From Chiloscyllium plagiosum (taxonomy: Eukaryota), in NCBI RefSeq assembly GCF_004010195.1, contig NC_057720.1, positions 27,143,792 through 27,163,791 on the forward strand: DNA of 20,000 nt, written 5' to 3'. The notes under the pieces were generated by a model. The model searched no databases and was not told where the DNA came from. It saw only the letters and a list, made by a program, of their open reading frames with translations. Below, piece by piece: positions 9,944-20,000 of this stretch. Position 1 is the first letter of the stretch. The number at the start of each line of letters is the position of its first letter. The translations under genes were made by a program, and so were the position numbers.

Positions 9944-10670
9944 GAAAAGTAGAGGACCCAGCACCAATCCTCGTGGCACTCCATTGGTCACAGGCCTCCA
10001 GTCTGAAAAACAACCCTCCACCACCACCCTCTGTCTTCTACCTTTGAGCCAGTTCTGTATCCGAATGGCTAGTTCTCCCTGTATTCCATGAGACCTAACC
10101 TTGCTAATTAGTCTCCCATGGAGAACCTTGTTGAATGCCTTACTGAAGTCCATATAGATCACATTCACCACTCTGCCCTCATAAATCCTTTTTGTTCCTT
10201 CTTCAAAAAACTCAATCAAATTTGTGAGACATGATTTCCCAGGCACAAAGCCATGTTGACTATCCCTAATCAATCCTTGCCTTTCTAAATACATGTACAT
10301 CCTGTCCCTCAGGATTCCCTCCAACAACTTGCCCACCACCAACGTCAGGCTCACCCGTCTGTAGTTCCCTGGCTTGTCCTTACCACCATTCTTAAACAGT
10401 GGCACCACAGTGGCCAACCTCCAGTCTTCCGGCACCTCACCTGTGACTATCAGTGATACAAATACCTCAGCAAGGTGCCCAGTAATCACTTCTCTAACTT
10501 CCCACAGAATTCTAGGGTACACCTGATTAGGTCCTGTGGATTTATCCACTTTTAAGCATTTCAAGACATCCAGCACTTTCTTCCTCTGTAATATGGACAT
10601 TTTTCAAGATGTCACCATCTGTTTCCTTACATTTTATACCCTCCATGTTCTTTCCCACAGTAAACACTGA
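9944..10670 (-). mobile_element. CR1 LINE segment 3 (RT domain, 5'-truncated)
   Basis: ORF 9119..10600 (-) reads VDKSTGPNQVYPRIL...PGNYRRVSLT...DSQHGF...YMDFSKAFNKVLHGRL...NWLKGRRQRVVV...GVPRGLVLGPLLF. It is colinear with segments 1-2 and highly similar to 1839-2236. Confidence 0.95.
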
Positions 10671-10879
10671 GGCATGTTGAAGATCTTAACATGCACACAT
10701 CAAGATATGGACTTATCTAAGGAATTTGAACTAGCCCAAATACTCTTATATTTAATATTCATTTGCAATTGTCAGTAATTAATGCTTCATCCAACTTTTC
10801 AAGCAACAGACTCCAAACTAGTAAGCTAATAAAATTGCAGATGCGTACAATATAAGGGATCTGTGTTTGCATAATTCTG

Positions 10880-11190
10880 CTAGAGTGTTCCAAACTAATC
10901 CCATTGACCAGTTTCTACTAGTTAGACAAGTTTTCCAAAAGGACATTGTTTCTGCCTTCATTACTCCATCCAACAAAACAATGGTTCCAATAATTCTATT
11001 TAAGAGATTTATTCTAATCTCTCTTCTTGCCCATGTAACTAATAATTCGCCAACCAAAGGAAAAGGTCCCCCACAATTTATTTTGTATTCATAATGTTGA
11101 AAACCTCAATTAACTATCCTCTTAGTTTCCTTTGCTCCAGTAAAAATAATACCAGTGTCTTAAATCTTCTGTTTCTATCATGTTGGTGAA
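10880..11190 (-). mobile_element. Old, highly diverged CR1 3' fragment
   Basis: 11085-11170 (ttcataatgttgaaaacctcaattaactatcctcttagtttcctttgctccagtaaaaataataccag) aligns by eye with 19757-19830 of the younger CR1. Boundaries are approximate. Confidence 0.5.
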
Positions 11191-11859
11191 CCATCATTGT
11201 ATCTGCCATCACTCAGATTTTGCCACAAATTGAAGTCAGGAGCACAGTGAAGTGCCAAATGCCTTTGATGTTGCTGGCACAAATCCTAAACGATTACAAG
11301 ATTGATGTAATTCTCACCCACATGTGTCAGCACATGAACTGTTTGCCTATTTACACTTTATAATTAATCAAATGGAGAGTGGAGAAGGGGTGTGGTCACA
11401 ATCTGTTTAAGGCAGAAATACATCTCCTGAACTGAGCTTACAATGTCTGATCTCAGATTTTTGTGGCAACACTATGATCTCAATTCCATCGATAGAACTG
11501 AGTGTTTCTCATGTTTCCTCAGGATCATGGTGAAGAAGTTTAGGCTAGCTGGGGGATGCACTGATCCTCATCACCCTCATGTGACAGCAATAAATCAAAT
11601 CAAAAGGGAGAATATAAATAGACCTGTACATTACTGTCTGAGAAAATCAGTACCATCAACACAATCACTGTTACGTAAGAAGAGGTTCAATAACCTTATA
11701 ACAGTTCTTCATCTCTACACATTCCCAAAAATATCTACACTACACCACTCCTGCCCCAAAACTCTCAACTCTTCCCTCTCCTCCATCACATTTTCCAAGA
11801 TACCATCACAAAGACATATTGTAGTACCTCTCTTTCTGCAACTTAAATATAAACACTTC

Positions 11860-13300
11860 ATAAAAGGAAATTTATCACACAATAGGAGGCCATTTGGACT
11901 ATCATGTCTGCAACGACCACCAAGTTGCCATCTTGTTGCCATCTTGCTGATGATACTAAGCTGGGTGGCAGGGTGAAATGTGAGGAAGATGTTAGGAGAT
12001 TACAGGGTGACCTGGACAGGTTAGGTGAGTGGTCAGATGCATGGCAGATGCAGTTTAATGTGGATAAATGTATGGTTCTCCATTTTAATGGCAAGAACAG
12101 GAAGGCAGATTACTACCTAAATGGAATCAATTTAGGTAAAGGGGCAGTACAAAGAGATCTGGGTGTTCTTGTACACCAGTCAATGAAGGCAAGCATGTAG
12201 GTACAGCAGGTAATGAAGAAAGCTAATAGCATGCTGGCCTTCATAACAAGAGGGATTGAGTATAGAAGCAAAGAGGTTCTTCTGCAGCTGTACAGGGCCC
12301 TGGTGAGACCACACCTGGAGTATTGTGTGCAGTTCTGGTCTCCAAGTTTGAGGAAAGACATTCTGGCTATTGAGGGAGTGCAGCGTAGATTCACAAGGTC
12401 AATTCCTGGAATTGCGGGACTACCTTACGCTGAAAGACTGAAGCGACTGGGCTTGTATACCCTTGAGTTTAGAAGACTGAGAGGGAATCTGATTAAGACA
12501 TTTAAGATTATTAAAGGATTGGATACTCTGGAGGCAGGAAATATGTTTCCGCTGATGGGTGAGTGCCGAACCAGAGGACACAGCTTAAAAATACTGGATA
12601 GACCATTTAGGACAGAGATGAGGAGAAACCTCTTCGCCCAGAGAGTGGTGGCTGTGTGGAATGCTCTGCCCCAGAGGGCAGTGGAGGCCCAGTCTCTGGA
12701 TTCATTTAAGAAAGAGTTGGATAGAGCTCTCTAGGATAGTCGAATCAAGGGTTATGGGGATAAGGCAGGAACTGGATACTGATTGAGGATGATCAGCCAT
12801 GATTATATTGAATGGTGGTGCAGGCTCAAAGGGCAGAATGGCCTACTTCTGCACCTATTGTCTATTGTCTATTGTCCAGTTCCTTTTTTCAGTTCCTGGT
12901 CCATTGTCATTCATTTCAAGAGCAGATCCAAATACTTTGAATTTATGGGCATTTCTGCCTGCAGCGTGTTTTTGGGATGAGTTCTAAAACTTCACCACAC
13001 ACCGGGTGAAAAATGTTTCCCCCCAATCCCCACTAAATCTCCTATCGCTTAACCTAAGCATTTGCCCTTGTTTCAGTACTTGACGTGTCCATTTATATTT
13101 TCCTGCAGTCTTCAGTTTTCTTCTTCATTATCAACTATACATCCTAGTTTTATATTGCCTTCATATATTTCACATTTGAGTTGAAGTTACTGACATATAC
13201 CACAAAAAGCAAGTGATGTAGCATGAGCCTTGCAGAACCCCACTGGAAGCTGTTTTACAATCACAAAACACCCACTAACCTTTTCTTTTGTTGTCTTTGA
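11860..13300 (-). mobile_element. Old CR1 remnant split by a younger CR1 insertion
   Basis: 11880-11925 (ggaggccatttggactatcatgtctgc) resembles a CR1 3' terminus. 12877-13070 (caccacacaccgggtgaaaaatgtttcccccc...) continues the CR1 C-terminus, and 13185-13297 resembles the GVPQGSVLGP region (cf. 9944-10040). Confidence 0.6.
11944..12876 (+). mobile_element. Relatively young 5'-truncated CR1 LINE (third subfamily)
   Basis: Reads LADDTKLGG...LQGDLDRL..W...WQMQFNVDKC, then a 173-aa open stretch KKANSMLAFI...LYRALVRPHLEYCVQFWSP...RTRGHSLK...QRVVAVWNALP. The 3' tail is (CTATTGT)3 at 12855-12876. Confidence 0.95.
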
Positions 13301-13413
13301 AAGAAATATTAACATCCTTTGCTTAAAACGTAGCACATGCAGAACAGGCAACTTTTTGGGATTCCTTCCTTACTTCAAATTTCACACATTTGGTTTTACA
13401 AACACCACCTCCC

Positions 13414-13450
13414 CATCTTGATCTTTATATAAACATCTTGATCTTTATAT
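13414..13450. repeat. Direct repeat of catcttgatctttatat (17 bp x2, period 20)
   Basis: Exact copies at 13414-13430 and 13434-13450. Confidence 0.9.
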
Positions 13451-13467
13451 TTATCCAGTTATCATCG

Positions 13468-13656
13468 TGTATTATTATATGCAGGGGGTTAATTGTATTC
13501 AGATGGTGAGTATAATTTGGTTTTTCCTGAGCCTGGGGAAGTTTGTGGGTTGGATGTGTACAATATCCAGTGCTCATCTGTAAATAAAAGATTGTAAGTG
13601 TACGAAAACTTTCTCCAGTGTTTTATCTTGCACAGCCTGGCTCTCTAATTCTTAAA
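13468..13656 (+). mobile_element. Possible degenerate solo LTR
   Basis: Starts TGT, has TATAA at 13511 and AATAAA at 13583 in LTR-like order, and has weakly complementary ends (tgtattattat...ctaattcttaaa). There is no clean TG..CA pair or TSD. Confidence 0.3.
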
Positions 13657-15020
13657 CTGATTCTAAGTAGGCTTTTCTCCATCTGTCAGCACATGCACTA
13701 TGTACACAAGGCTTATACATTTCCACTTAGCATTTCAAGACCCACTCTGTAACTCCCTTTCAACAGGAAATAACAATGCGTACTGCCAGACAAGACAAGG
13801 AGATGAGAACTTGATATCATAACCATCATCCAAATGGAACAGAGAAACCTGCATGATATTTTCTCTTTTCCCAGCCTGACTTGGCTCAGAAGATGACAAC
13901 TCCATGAGAATTATTTTCAAACTCCACCACGGAACGTGGCAGTGACTGTTGGGTAAATGCGGAGGGAAGTAAATCTCCACATGGTTAAATATCCTGTGGG
14001 AGTGAGGGGAAACTCATATGGCAGCGGACAGGAGGTAAAGGTCCACTCTTACTTCTGCTGAGATAGACCAGAATGGAGAAGAGAACATGAGAGGCCTATA
14101 TTTGGAACAAAGCTGTTTGCCTTCAACAACCAGATGTACCTCATATTGTTAGGCTGTCAAGGTGTTTCAACAACATAACTGGAAGTGTGAAGCAGTCTGC
14201 AAGCAGCCTTTGGGGTATTCTGCAATCCCCCTTGCAGACTGTGGGCAGCCTCAGAATTACAGGGCAGCCAATTCCTCACAAATTGCACTTGTGGCCATCT
14301 TGGATAGATTGATGAAGAAAATTATAGGGATTTCAGGAAGAGAGATCTCCCATGGTGCATTGTATAGTGGGATATTAATTGCATTAATTGGACATTCACT
14401 TGTATTCACACGTATTTCATTTTCTGTGATGATCCATAGTCCCATGTGAGTAGCAATATCATTTTCCGAGCAGCGTGTGTTGCCCTGACTCAGAATGTCA
14501 GCACATCTTCTCCTTCACAGTTATCAACTAATAGCTGCCAAAAGGCAGGAGGCAAGTTAGATGAGACTGGATGTCAACAACCAAGATGCTGCAGTCTATA
14601 GCCAAGTCGTTACAGGCTGAAGTACCTAATTGTCTCTCCTCTTAAATACTTCAGGATTCAAGCTTGAGATTCTTTTTTACCTCAGCTCAAACTATCAATT
14701 TCCAAGAGAGCTCAACTGGCATTGGAAGAAAGCTTGAACATATTCTACCTTACATAAACTTGAGGTCATCCAAAATTCAGCTGCCTGTGTCCTAACTCAC
14801 AAAAAGTCACATTCTCTTATCAGCTCTGTGCTGGCTGACTGAAATTGGTGTCCTGTCAAGCAAAACCTGAGCTTTAAAATTCTCATTTCTATTTCCAAAT
14901 CCCTCCATGGTTTGCACATCTGTATCTCTTCAATCCTCTCCAGCCTCACAACCTCTAAGATACCTGTGTCTCTTTGATAATGTTGTTTTGTACATTCCAA
15001 TGAGAATTATTCTATCACTA

Positions 15021-15615
15021 ATTTGATTTGATGTATTTATTGTCATGTGCATCTTGTTACAAAATACAGTGAAAAGTGTTGTATAGTATCGCCACTCTCC
15101 AGCACCATCTTAAAACACAGAAAAATAAAACAAAATATAGAATACAAGGGAAGAAATATTAAAAAATAAAGTCCCAAACCTGACTCGGTCGGTGCCATGA
15201 GTCTGCTTCGGGGCCACCTCACCGACAAGACCACTGCTAATGCCAAACGGTCTCGTACTCGACCCAAACTCACATCCACTGCCAGTTCCACGAATATGCA
15301 CCAGGCACAGACGCCACTAGCAGCCAAAACTCACCTCCGCTGCATCAGCCATGAGTCTGCACTCAGACCACATCGACAATGCAGAAGTTGCCAGGAACCA
15401 AGCTCACTTCTGATGTTGCCACCGCAAGTTTGCACTGCTGGGCCTGCTCGAGTCGGTGCTGGTGGGCCTCCTTGCTGCTGCTGATGCCATCACTGTCACC
15501 AAGCTCTTCACCAAGTAGTAAGTAAAGCAAAATAGAAGGGAGAAAAAAAAATGAGAGATTGAAAAAAGAAAAGGAAAGTTGGTGGAACAGGTAAGTCCCA
15601 AGTTCAGAAGCATTA
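15021..15615 (-). mobile_element. Non-autonomous retroposon-like insertion inside the L2
   Basis: Interrupts the L2. The minus strand ends cacttttcactgta...catgacaataaatacatcaaatcaaat (AATAAA plus a (TCAAA)n tail). It has a GC-rich non-coding body flanked by T-rich tracts. Confidence 0.6.
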
Positions 15616-15760
15616 CTCCATCGTGATTAATGTCCTTAACTTCACTTGGCTGCGCTCTGAGCTCTACAATTTCCTTCCTCCGCCTTTTGGCTTTTTTAAC
15701 TCACTTTCCTCCTTTAAGAAGCTCTTTAAAACCTACCATCTGACCAATACTTTTGTTAAA

Positions 15761-15948
15761 GTGGCGCAGTGGCTTAGTGATTAGCACTGCTCCTTCACAA
15801 TGCTAGGGACCCTGATTCAATTCCATCCTCAATTGTTTATCTGTGTGGAGTTTGCACATTCTCTCCATGTCTATGCAGATTTCCTCCCACAGTCAAAAGA
15901 TGTGCAAGTTAGGTGTAGTATGCTTCCACACTAAAGGGACTTTATGAT
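15761..15948 (+). mobile_element. tRNA-derived SINE, HE1/V-SINE-like, internally deleted
   Basis: A box tggcttagtga (15770-15780), B box gattcaattcc (15814-15824), V-domain-like ctgtgtggagtttgcacattctc...tttcctcccacagtcaaaagatgtgcaagttagg, and a CR1-like 3' end ttccacactaaagggactttatga. Confidence 0.85.
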
Positions 15949-16280
15949 CTGTTTGGTTATATCCTTAAATAGTTTGTTTAATATTTTATTATGCTCCTGT
16001 AAATATCAAAGGGTTAAGATAGTAGTGATATTTTTCTAGCAAAGGACAATGTTGGGAAACATGTTGAATTTGTGTTTTGCTGTTTGTACTATGATTATTC
16101 AAGCTGATTTTTTTGGGCAGAAGTTTATTGGGTTCTGAATGATGTTGGCTGTGATGAGATTTGTATCTAAATTGCGCAAGAAGTCTGGCAAGGCCTATCT
16201 CATTGGAAGCAACTCCATCTTTAATGCATCGGCCGAGTTCAAGACACACTTTTCGCTAGGCAGCAGTGAGTTATCAATTA

Positions 16281-16588
16281 CCACCTTACCCCAGTTCCAA
16301 CCTTCCAGCTCAGCACCATCCTCATGACCTGTCCTACCTGCCAATCTTCCTTCCCAACTAACCACTCCACCCTCCCGCTGACCTATCATCTTCATCCCCA
16401 CCCCCATTCACCTATTGTACTCTTTGCTACCTTCTCCACAGCCCCATCCCCCTCCCATTTGTCTCTCCACCCCGGAGGCTCCCTGCCTTCATTCCTGATG
16501 AAGGGCTTTTGCCTGAAACGCGATTTTCCTGCTCCTCGGATGCTGCCTGACCTGCTGTGCTTTTCCAGCACCGCTGTAATCTAGACCC
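16281..16588 (+). mobile_element. PLE 3'-terminal fragment (same subfamily as 8599-9333)
   Basis: Matches the reverse complement of about 8600-8905 (cagttccaaccttccag.tcagcaccatcctcatgacctgtcctacctg...gacctgctgtgcttttcca). Confidence 0.92.
16491..16525 (+). ncRNA. Decayed minimal hammerhead ribozyme motif
   Basis: AUUC CUGAUGA A GGGC-UUUU-GCCU GAAA C G-C GAUU; the U of the GUC triplet is deleted. Confidence 0.7.
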
Positions 16589-17669
16589 TCTTCCAGTTGT
16601 TGAGAGTTGCGTGCAGCAAGCCATCATGGAATGTGTAACAGTTATTGGATGTTGTGCCAGTGTTTAGTTTGCATTGTGGGAGCAAACTGCAGCCTTTCAT
16701 TTAACTTGTGCCTGATTTTGCTGCCTGAAATTAAAGTTTGATTTTTGAAATGATCTGATCACTTGCTTGTGTATGATATTCTCCTACTGGACAATGATAG
16801 TGTGCAGGTCTCAGTGAGCACTGTGTACAGATTATTGGTGATTTAGTGTAAGTGTTTAGACAGAATGCAGCTACAGGCAGGTATATTGCGTGGCATGCTG
16901 TTTAAACAAAGACTTGGATGAGAGAATGAGGTTGTATTTGCAAGGGTGTGTTCGTCATGGTTGTGTGCCATTACATTGCCAGTGAGAGGCAATGGTGGAT
17001 TGTCAATGCTTCTTGTAGTGCACAGCTTCCTTTATAAGATGACATGGGTGCCAGGGTTGCTGGTCTTTCAACGGATATCTGCTGAGTGGCGAGTTGTTCC
17101 AGGAATGGTGCATGGTAAAATGGGGCTAGGTTCGAGAGAAAGGGATACTATTGGGGCGGAGTAGGTAGTTAATAAAGTGAGGTTGGTAAAATATGGTAAG
17201 AAATCTTGCTTGGCCTTGCAACTAAAAGCATTTTGCAAAATGAACACAACTGGCACTTATACAAACAAACATGAAATTCAGCCTTTTAGCTTGTCTGTTG
17301 TGAATAAACTGTGTTCTGTTATTCGAGAACATCTGAAGCCTCTGGGAATATGTTTTAGCAACTAACCAGCATGTAAACCAACTGCAAAAATGAAACCTGT
17401 GATCCATCAAACCAAGTTGCATTCTGGATCTAACTTTCCAGTACTACCATCTGCGAGGGTTATAACACAATTAATGACAATATAGGTTACTTAAATATGT
17501 TATTATTTCTCTGACTCTTGTTAATTTTGTCTTCAGTTACTTTAATTTAGAAATCTATGATTTAATTTTGATTTAGGTAGAGGAGGCTACGTTAATGTTA
17601 AATTTATTGGGGACTAAATTCTGACATGAATTACCTCTTGTAATAGTTCCAGTTTACTATTATAAGGTT

Positions 17670-18090
17670 TCAATCCCTGACATGTTCAAACTAACTACCG
17701 CCTTATTTCCATCTTGGCATCCTTCCTTTGGAGAAACCTTCCCGAACAAGACCAACCAGCAGAAATCATTTGGATCAAGTAATGGGGAAAATGGCAAGTC
17801 ACTGAGTTCCTTGTAGCAAATGCCATCTTTCAATTTGCAGGATCTGAACATGCCTCTTTGTGAGTGGCCTATGTTAACGAGGTTCAGGATCAACCAGAGC
17901 CCCTGCACAGCCAGTCTCCATCATTGGAGCAACTCTATATGCAGTTGTGGAGAGATACAAAATTTGCTGCACATCACCAAGAAGTGTCCCCTCTATGGTC
18001 CAAATGGAGGACTAATTGCTTTCAACTCAGCACATTAGGAGGAAATCATTTGGCTCTGAGGATTCACATTCGCTAAATCAATAAATAAAA
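17670..18090 (+). mobile_element. Degenerate Vingi/Ingi-related non-LTR retrotransposon 3' end
   Basis: ORF 17820..18038 reads W.ML.RFR..Q.PC.ASLHHW...CSCGEIQNLLHITKKCP...NGGL.A..SA....I.WL, matching the Vingi C-terminal W..LNR.RTG.G...C.CG..QT..HI...CP zinc knuckle. The tail is cgctaaatcaataaataaaa. Confidence 0.7.
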
Positions 18091-19231
18091 TCCCTAGCTA
18101 TTGGCAAGCAAGAGCTGAAATATGAAATCTATTGCACATTCGTGGCCAGGAGAGATTCTGTCTAAATGTCTGTATAAAATGCTAACTGAGATGTCAGATT
18201 GGAGCTTCCATACATCTTTGATTTTACTTCAAATTTTCCCTTAAATGTCCATTAATCAGTCAACAGTACTGAGTGTGATTTACTCACAAATTGTACTTGA
18301 TGAAGGCTCCTTTCTGTTGAAACATCTTAATGGCTGAAATTACAAATCTGAATGGCCCCGTTTAATCAAAATTACCATACTCTGGATCCCATCCTTCTTA
18401 TTTCAAGTAAATCCAATGACAGATAAGAAGCAAATACTAGACAGCTTTCTGATCACAAATAACCAGGGCACTATGAAAATGAAGATTATATCGATTTCAA
18501 ATAAACTGAACTGGAACAGCCATAAATTGTAAATAATATGATTTTCGGTGGTTTGTCTCTAATTATCCTTGCACACTATTCAGTTGGAAGGCCTTTTGAT
18601 CTCTTTCTGACTGAACAGTCAGGTATAAAGCAAAATGCCAGAAAGCTTCAAAACTTAGAAAGCACTCTAACTTTTAAATCTGAGTAGCTGCTGAAGCAAA
18701 GAAACCTCATAAAGTATATCAATAAATCCGAATGCAAAAGAGTAAGTCAGTTTTAACCTGGCAAGGTAACCTACTGAAGTGGGGTAATACAATCTCTTCA
18801 TTATTTTTATGTTATTATGTGTAGATCAGTTACACTGATTGAACTAAATGATTCCAAGCAACATAATTGCTCCATTTGTTTACTTTATTTAGGAATAAAA
18901 CATTTAATGATTCAAACTAAGTATCACCACATCTGGTGTCAATTCAGTTTTTTTATAAGAGTGATTGAAAAAGACAATGATAATTCATTCAGATTAGAAG
19001 AGGGCTTGTCACACCCTGGATGATGCTAAGGAGCAAATAGATATATGGCAGTAAGGCGGGACAGCACACTCAACGTTCCATTTTGATCTATCTAAGTGTA
19101 GACAGAAAATCATCTGCAATCGCTTTTCTTCATGCTCCATTACCTTTAGAATCCTCAAAAGTCTCCCTTTGATCCCTTCATATTTCTCATCTACATATTA
19201 CTCCTTAACAACACTATCCAAAATAACAGCT

Positions 19232-19430
19232 GATCTGGCCTATGTGTACTCCAGATCCAGAAAAATATGTTGATTCTTAAATGCCCTCTGAAATGACCAA
19301 TAATATCTAACGGCTACAACACCTGACAAAAGGAAAACAACCAGATGGAAAACCTGCCTTTGACCTAAGCACTAGAAACAGCAAGAGCACACACACTGCG
19401 CTGTAAACTCTGCAGCCTTGCTTACTAACA
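19232..19430 (+). mobile_element. Old repeat remnant (Deu-domain-like sequence leading into a LINE 5' region), cut by the terminal CR1
   Basis: ctggcctatgtgtactccagatccag...gttgattcttaaatgccctctgaaatgacc resembles, from memory, the Deu-SINE-type domain. Not verified by alignment. Confidence 0.35.
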
Positions 19431-20000
19431 TAGAGTCATAGAGCATAGAGATGTACAACATGGAAACAGACCCTTCAGTCCAACTTGTCCATGCCGACCA
19501 GATATCCCAACCCAATCTAATCCCACCTGCCAGCACCTGGTCCGTATCCTTCCAAACTCTTCCTATTCATATACCCATCCAAATGCCTTTTAAATGTTGC
19601 AATTGTACCAGCCTCCACCACTTCCTCTGGCAGCTCATTCCATACACATACCACCCTCTGCGTTAAAAAGTTGCCCCTTAGGACTCTTTTATCTCCAGTT
19701 TTGAACTCACCCACCTGAGGGAAAAGACCTTTGGTATTTGCCTAACGAATGCCCCTCATAATGTTATAAACCTCTATAAGGCCACCCCTCAGCCTCCGAC
19801 ACTCCAGGGAAAACAGCCCCAGCCTGTTCAGCCTCTCCCTATAGCTCAAATACTCCAACCCTGGCAACATCATTGTAACTCTTTTCTGAATCCTTTCAAG
19901 TTTCACAACATCTTTCCAATAGGAAGGAGACCAGAATTGCATGCAATATTCCAACAGTGGCCTAACCAATGTCCTTTCCAGTCACAACGTGACCTCCCAA
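19429..20000 (-). mobile_element. CR1 LINE 3' part, continues beyond the window
   Basis: Reads VRPLLEYCMQFWSP...RLNRLGLFSLECRRLRGGLIEVYNIMRG and TQRVVCVWNELPEEVVEAG, with a tail catagagtcatagagcatagag. Same subfamily as the copies at 877 and 6888. Confidence 0.95.

Larger units (their letters stand above)
14745..16070 (+). mobile_element. L2-clade LINE 3' remnant in three pieces (about 14745-15020, 15615-15755, 15950-16070)
   Basis: Translates TLHKLEVIQNSAACVLTHKKSHSLISSVLAD*NWCPVKQNLSFKILISISKSLHGL, the L2-type LQ.IQN.AAR...ITP.L..LHWLPV..R..FK..L..K.LHGL motif. It resumes after the inserts as ...cctcctttaagaagctctttaaaacctacc (FK..LKT). Confidence 0.8.

Noticed and set aside
958..10047. 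Long ORFs of 230-449 aa spanning N runs
   Set aside because: Their length is an artefact of gaps translated as X; the real parts are CR1 or PLE fragments or their antisense.
11443..11976. 177-aa + strand ORF
   Set aside because: No recognisable domain, low-complexity composition, and it runs out of frame into CR1 sequence.
13875..13955. Candidate + strand exon after ttctcttttcccag
   Set aside because: Stops in all three frames and a weak donor.
15761..15830. tRNA gene
   Set aside because: The A and B boxes belong to a SINE head; there is no cloverleaf, and it is followed by V-domain-like sequence.
1..20000. CRISPR array or prokaryotic operon/defence system
   Set aside because: No repeat-spacer array and no gene-dense organisation; the sequence is vertebrate repeat-rich DNA.

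Overview
Eukaryotic, repeat-dominated, apparently non-coding vertebrate DNA. The repeat families (CR1 LINEs with short microsatellite tails, Neptune-type Penelope-like elements, an HE1/V-SINE-like tRNA SINE, L2 and Vingi remnants) point to a cartilaginous fish, probably a shark (inference). There are two assembly gaps (1257-1838, 9334-9943). No host protein-coding exon can be supported; nearly all ORFs in the track are retroelement fragments or noise. The main signal is that all three Penelope-like element (PLE) copies carry a minimal type I hammerhead ribozyme motif (CUGANGA-A-stem II-GAAAC-GUC) in their 3' end. The copy at 7294-7329 (-) has an intact core; the other two are decayed at the cleavage site. 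Two PLEs are nested in one CR1 in the same orientation, so two hammerheads lie about 1.37 kb apart on one strand. Further nested insertions (CR1 in older CR1; two SINE-like elements in an L2) give a relative insertion chronology. Family assignments come from recalled protein and consensus motifs, not from a database search.
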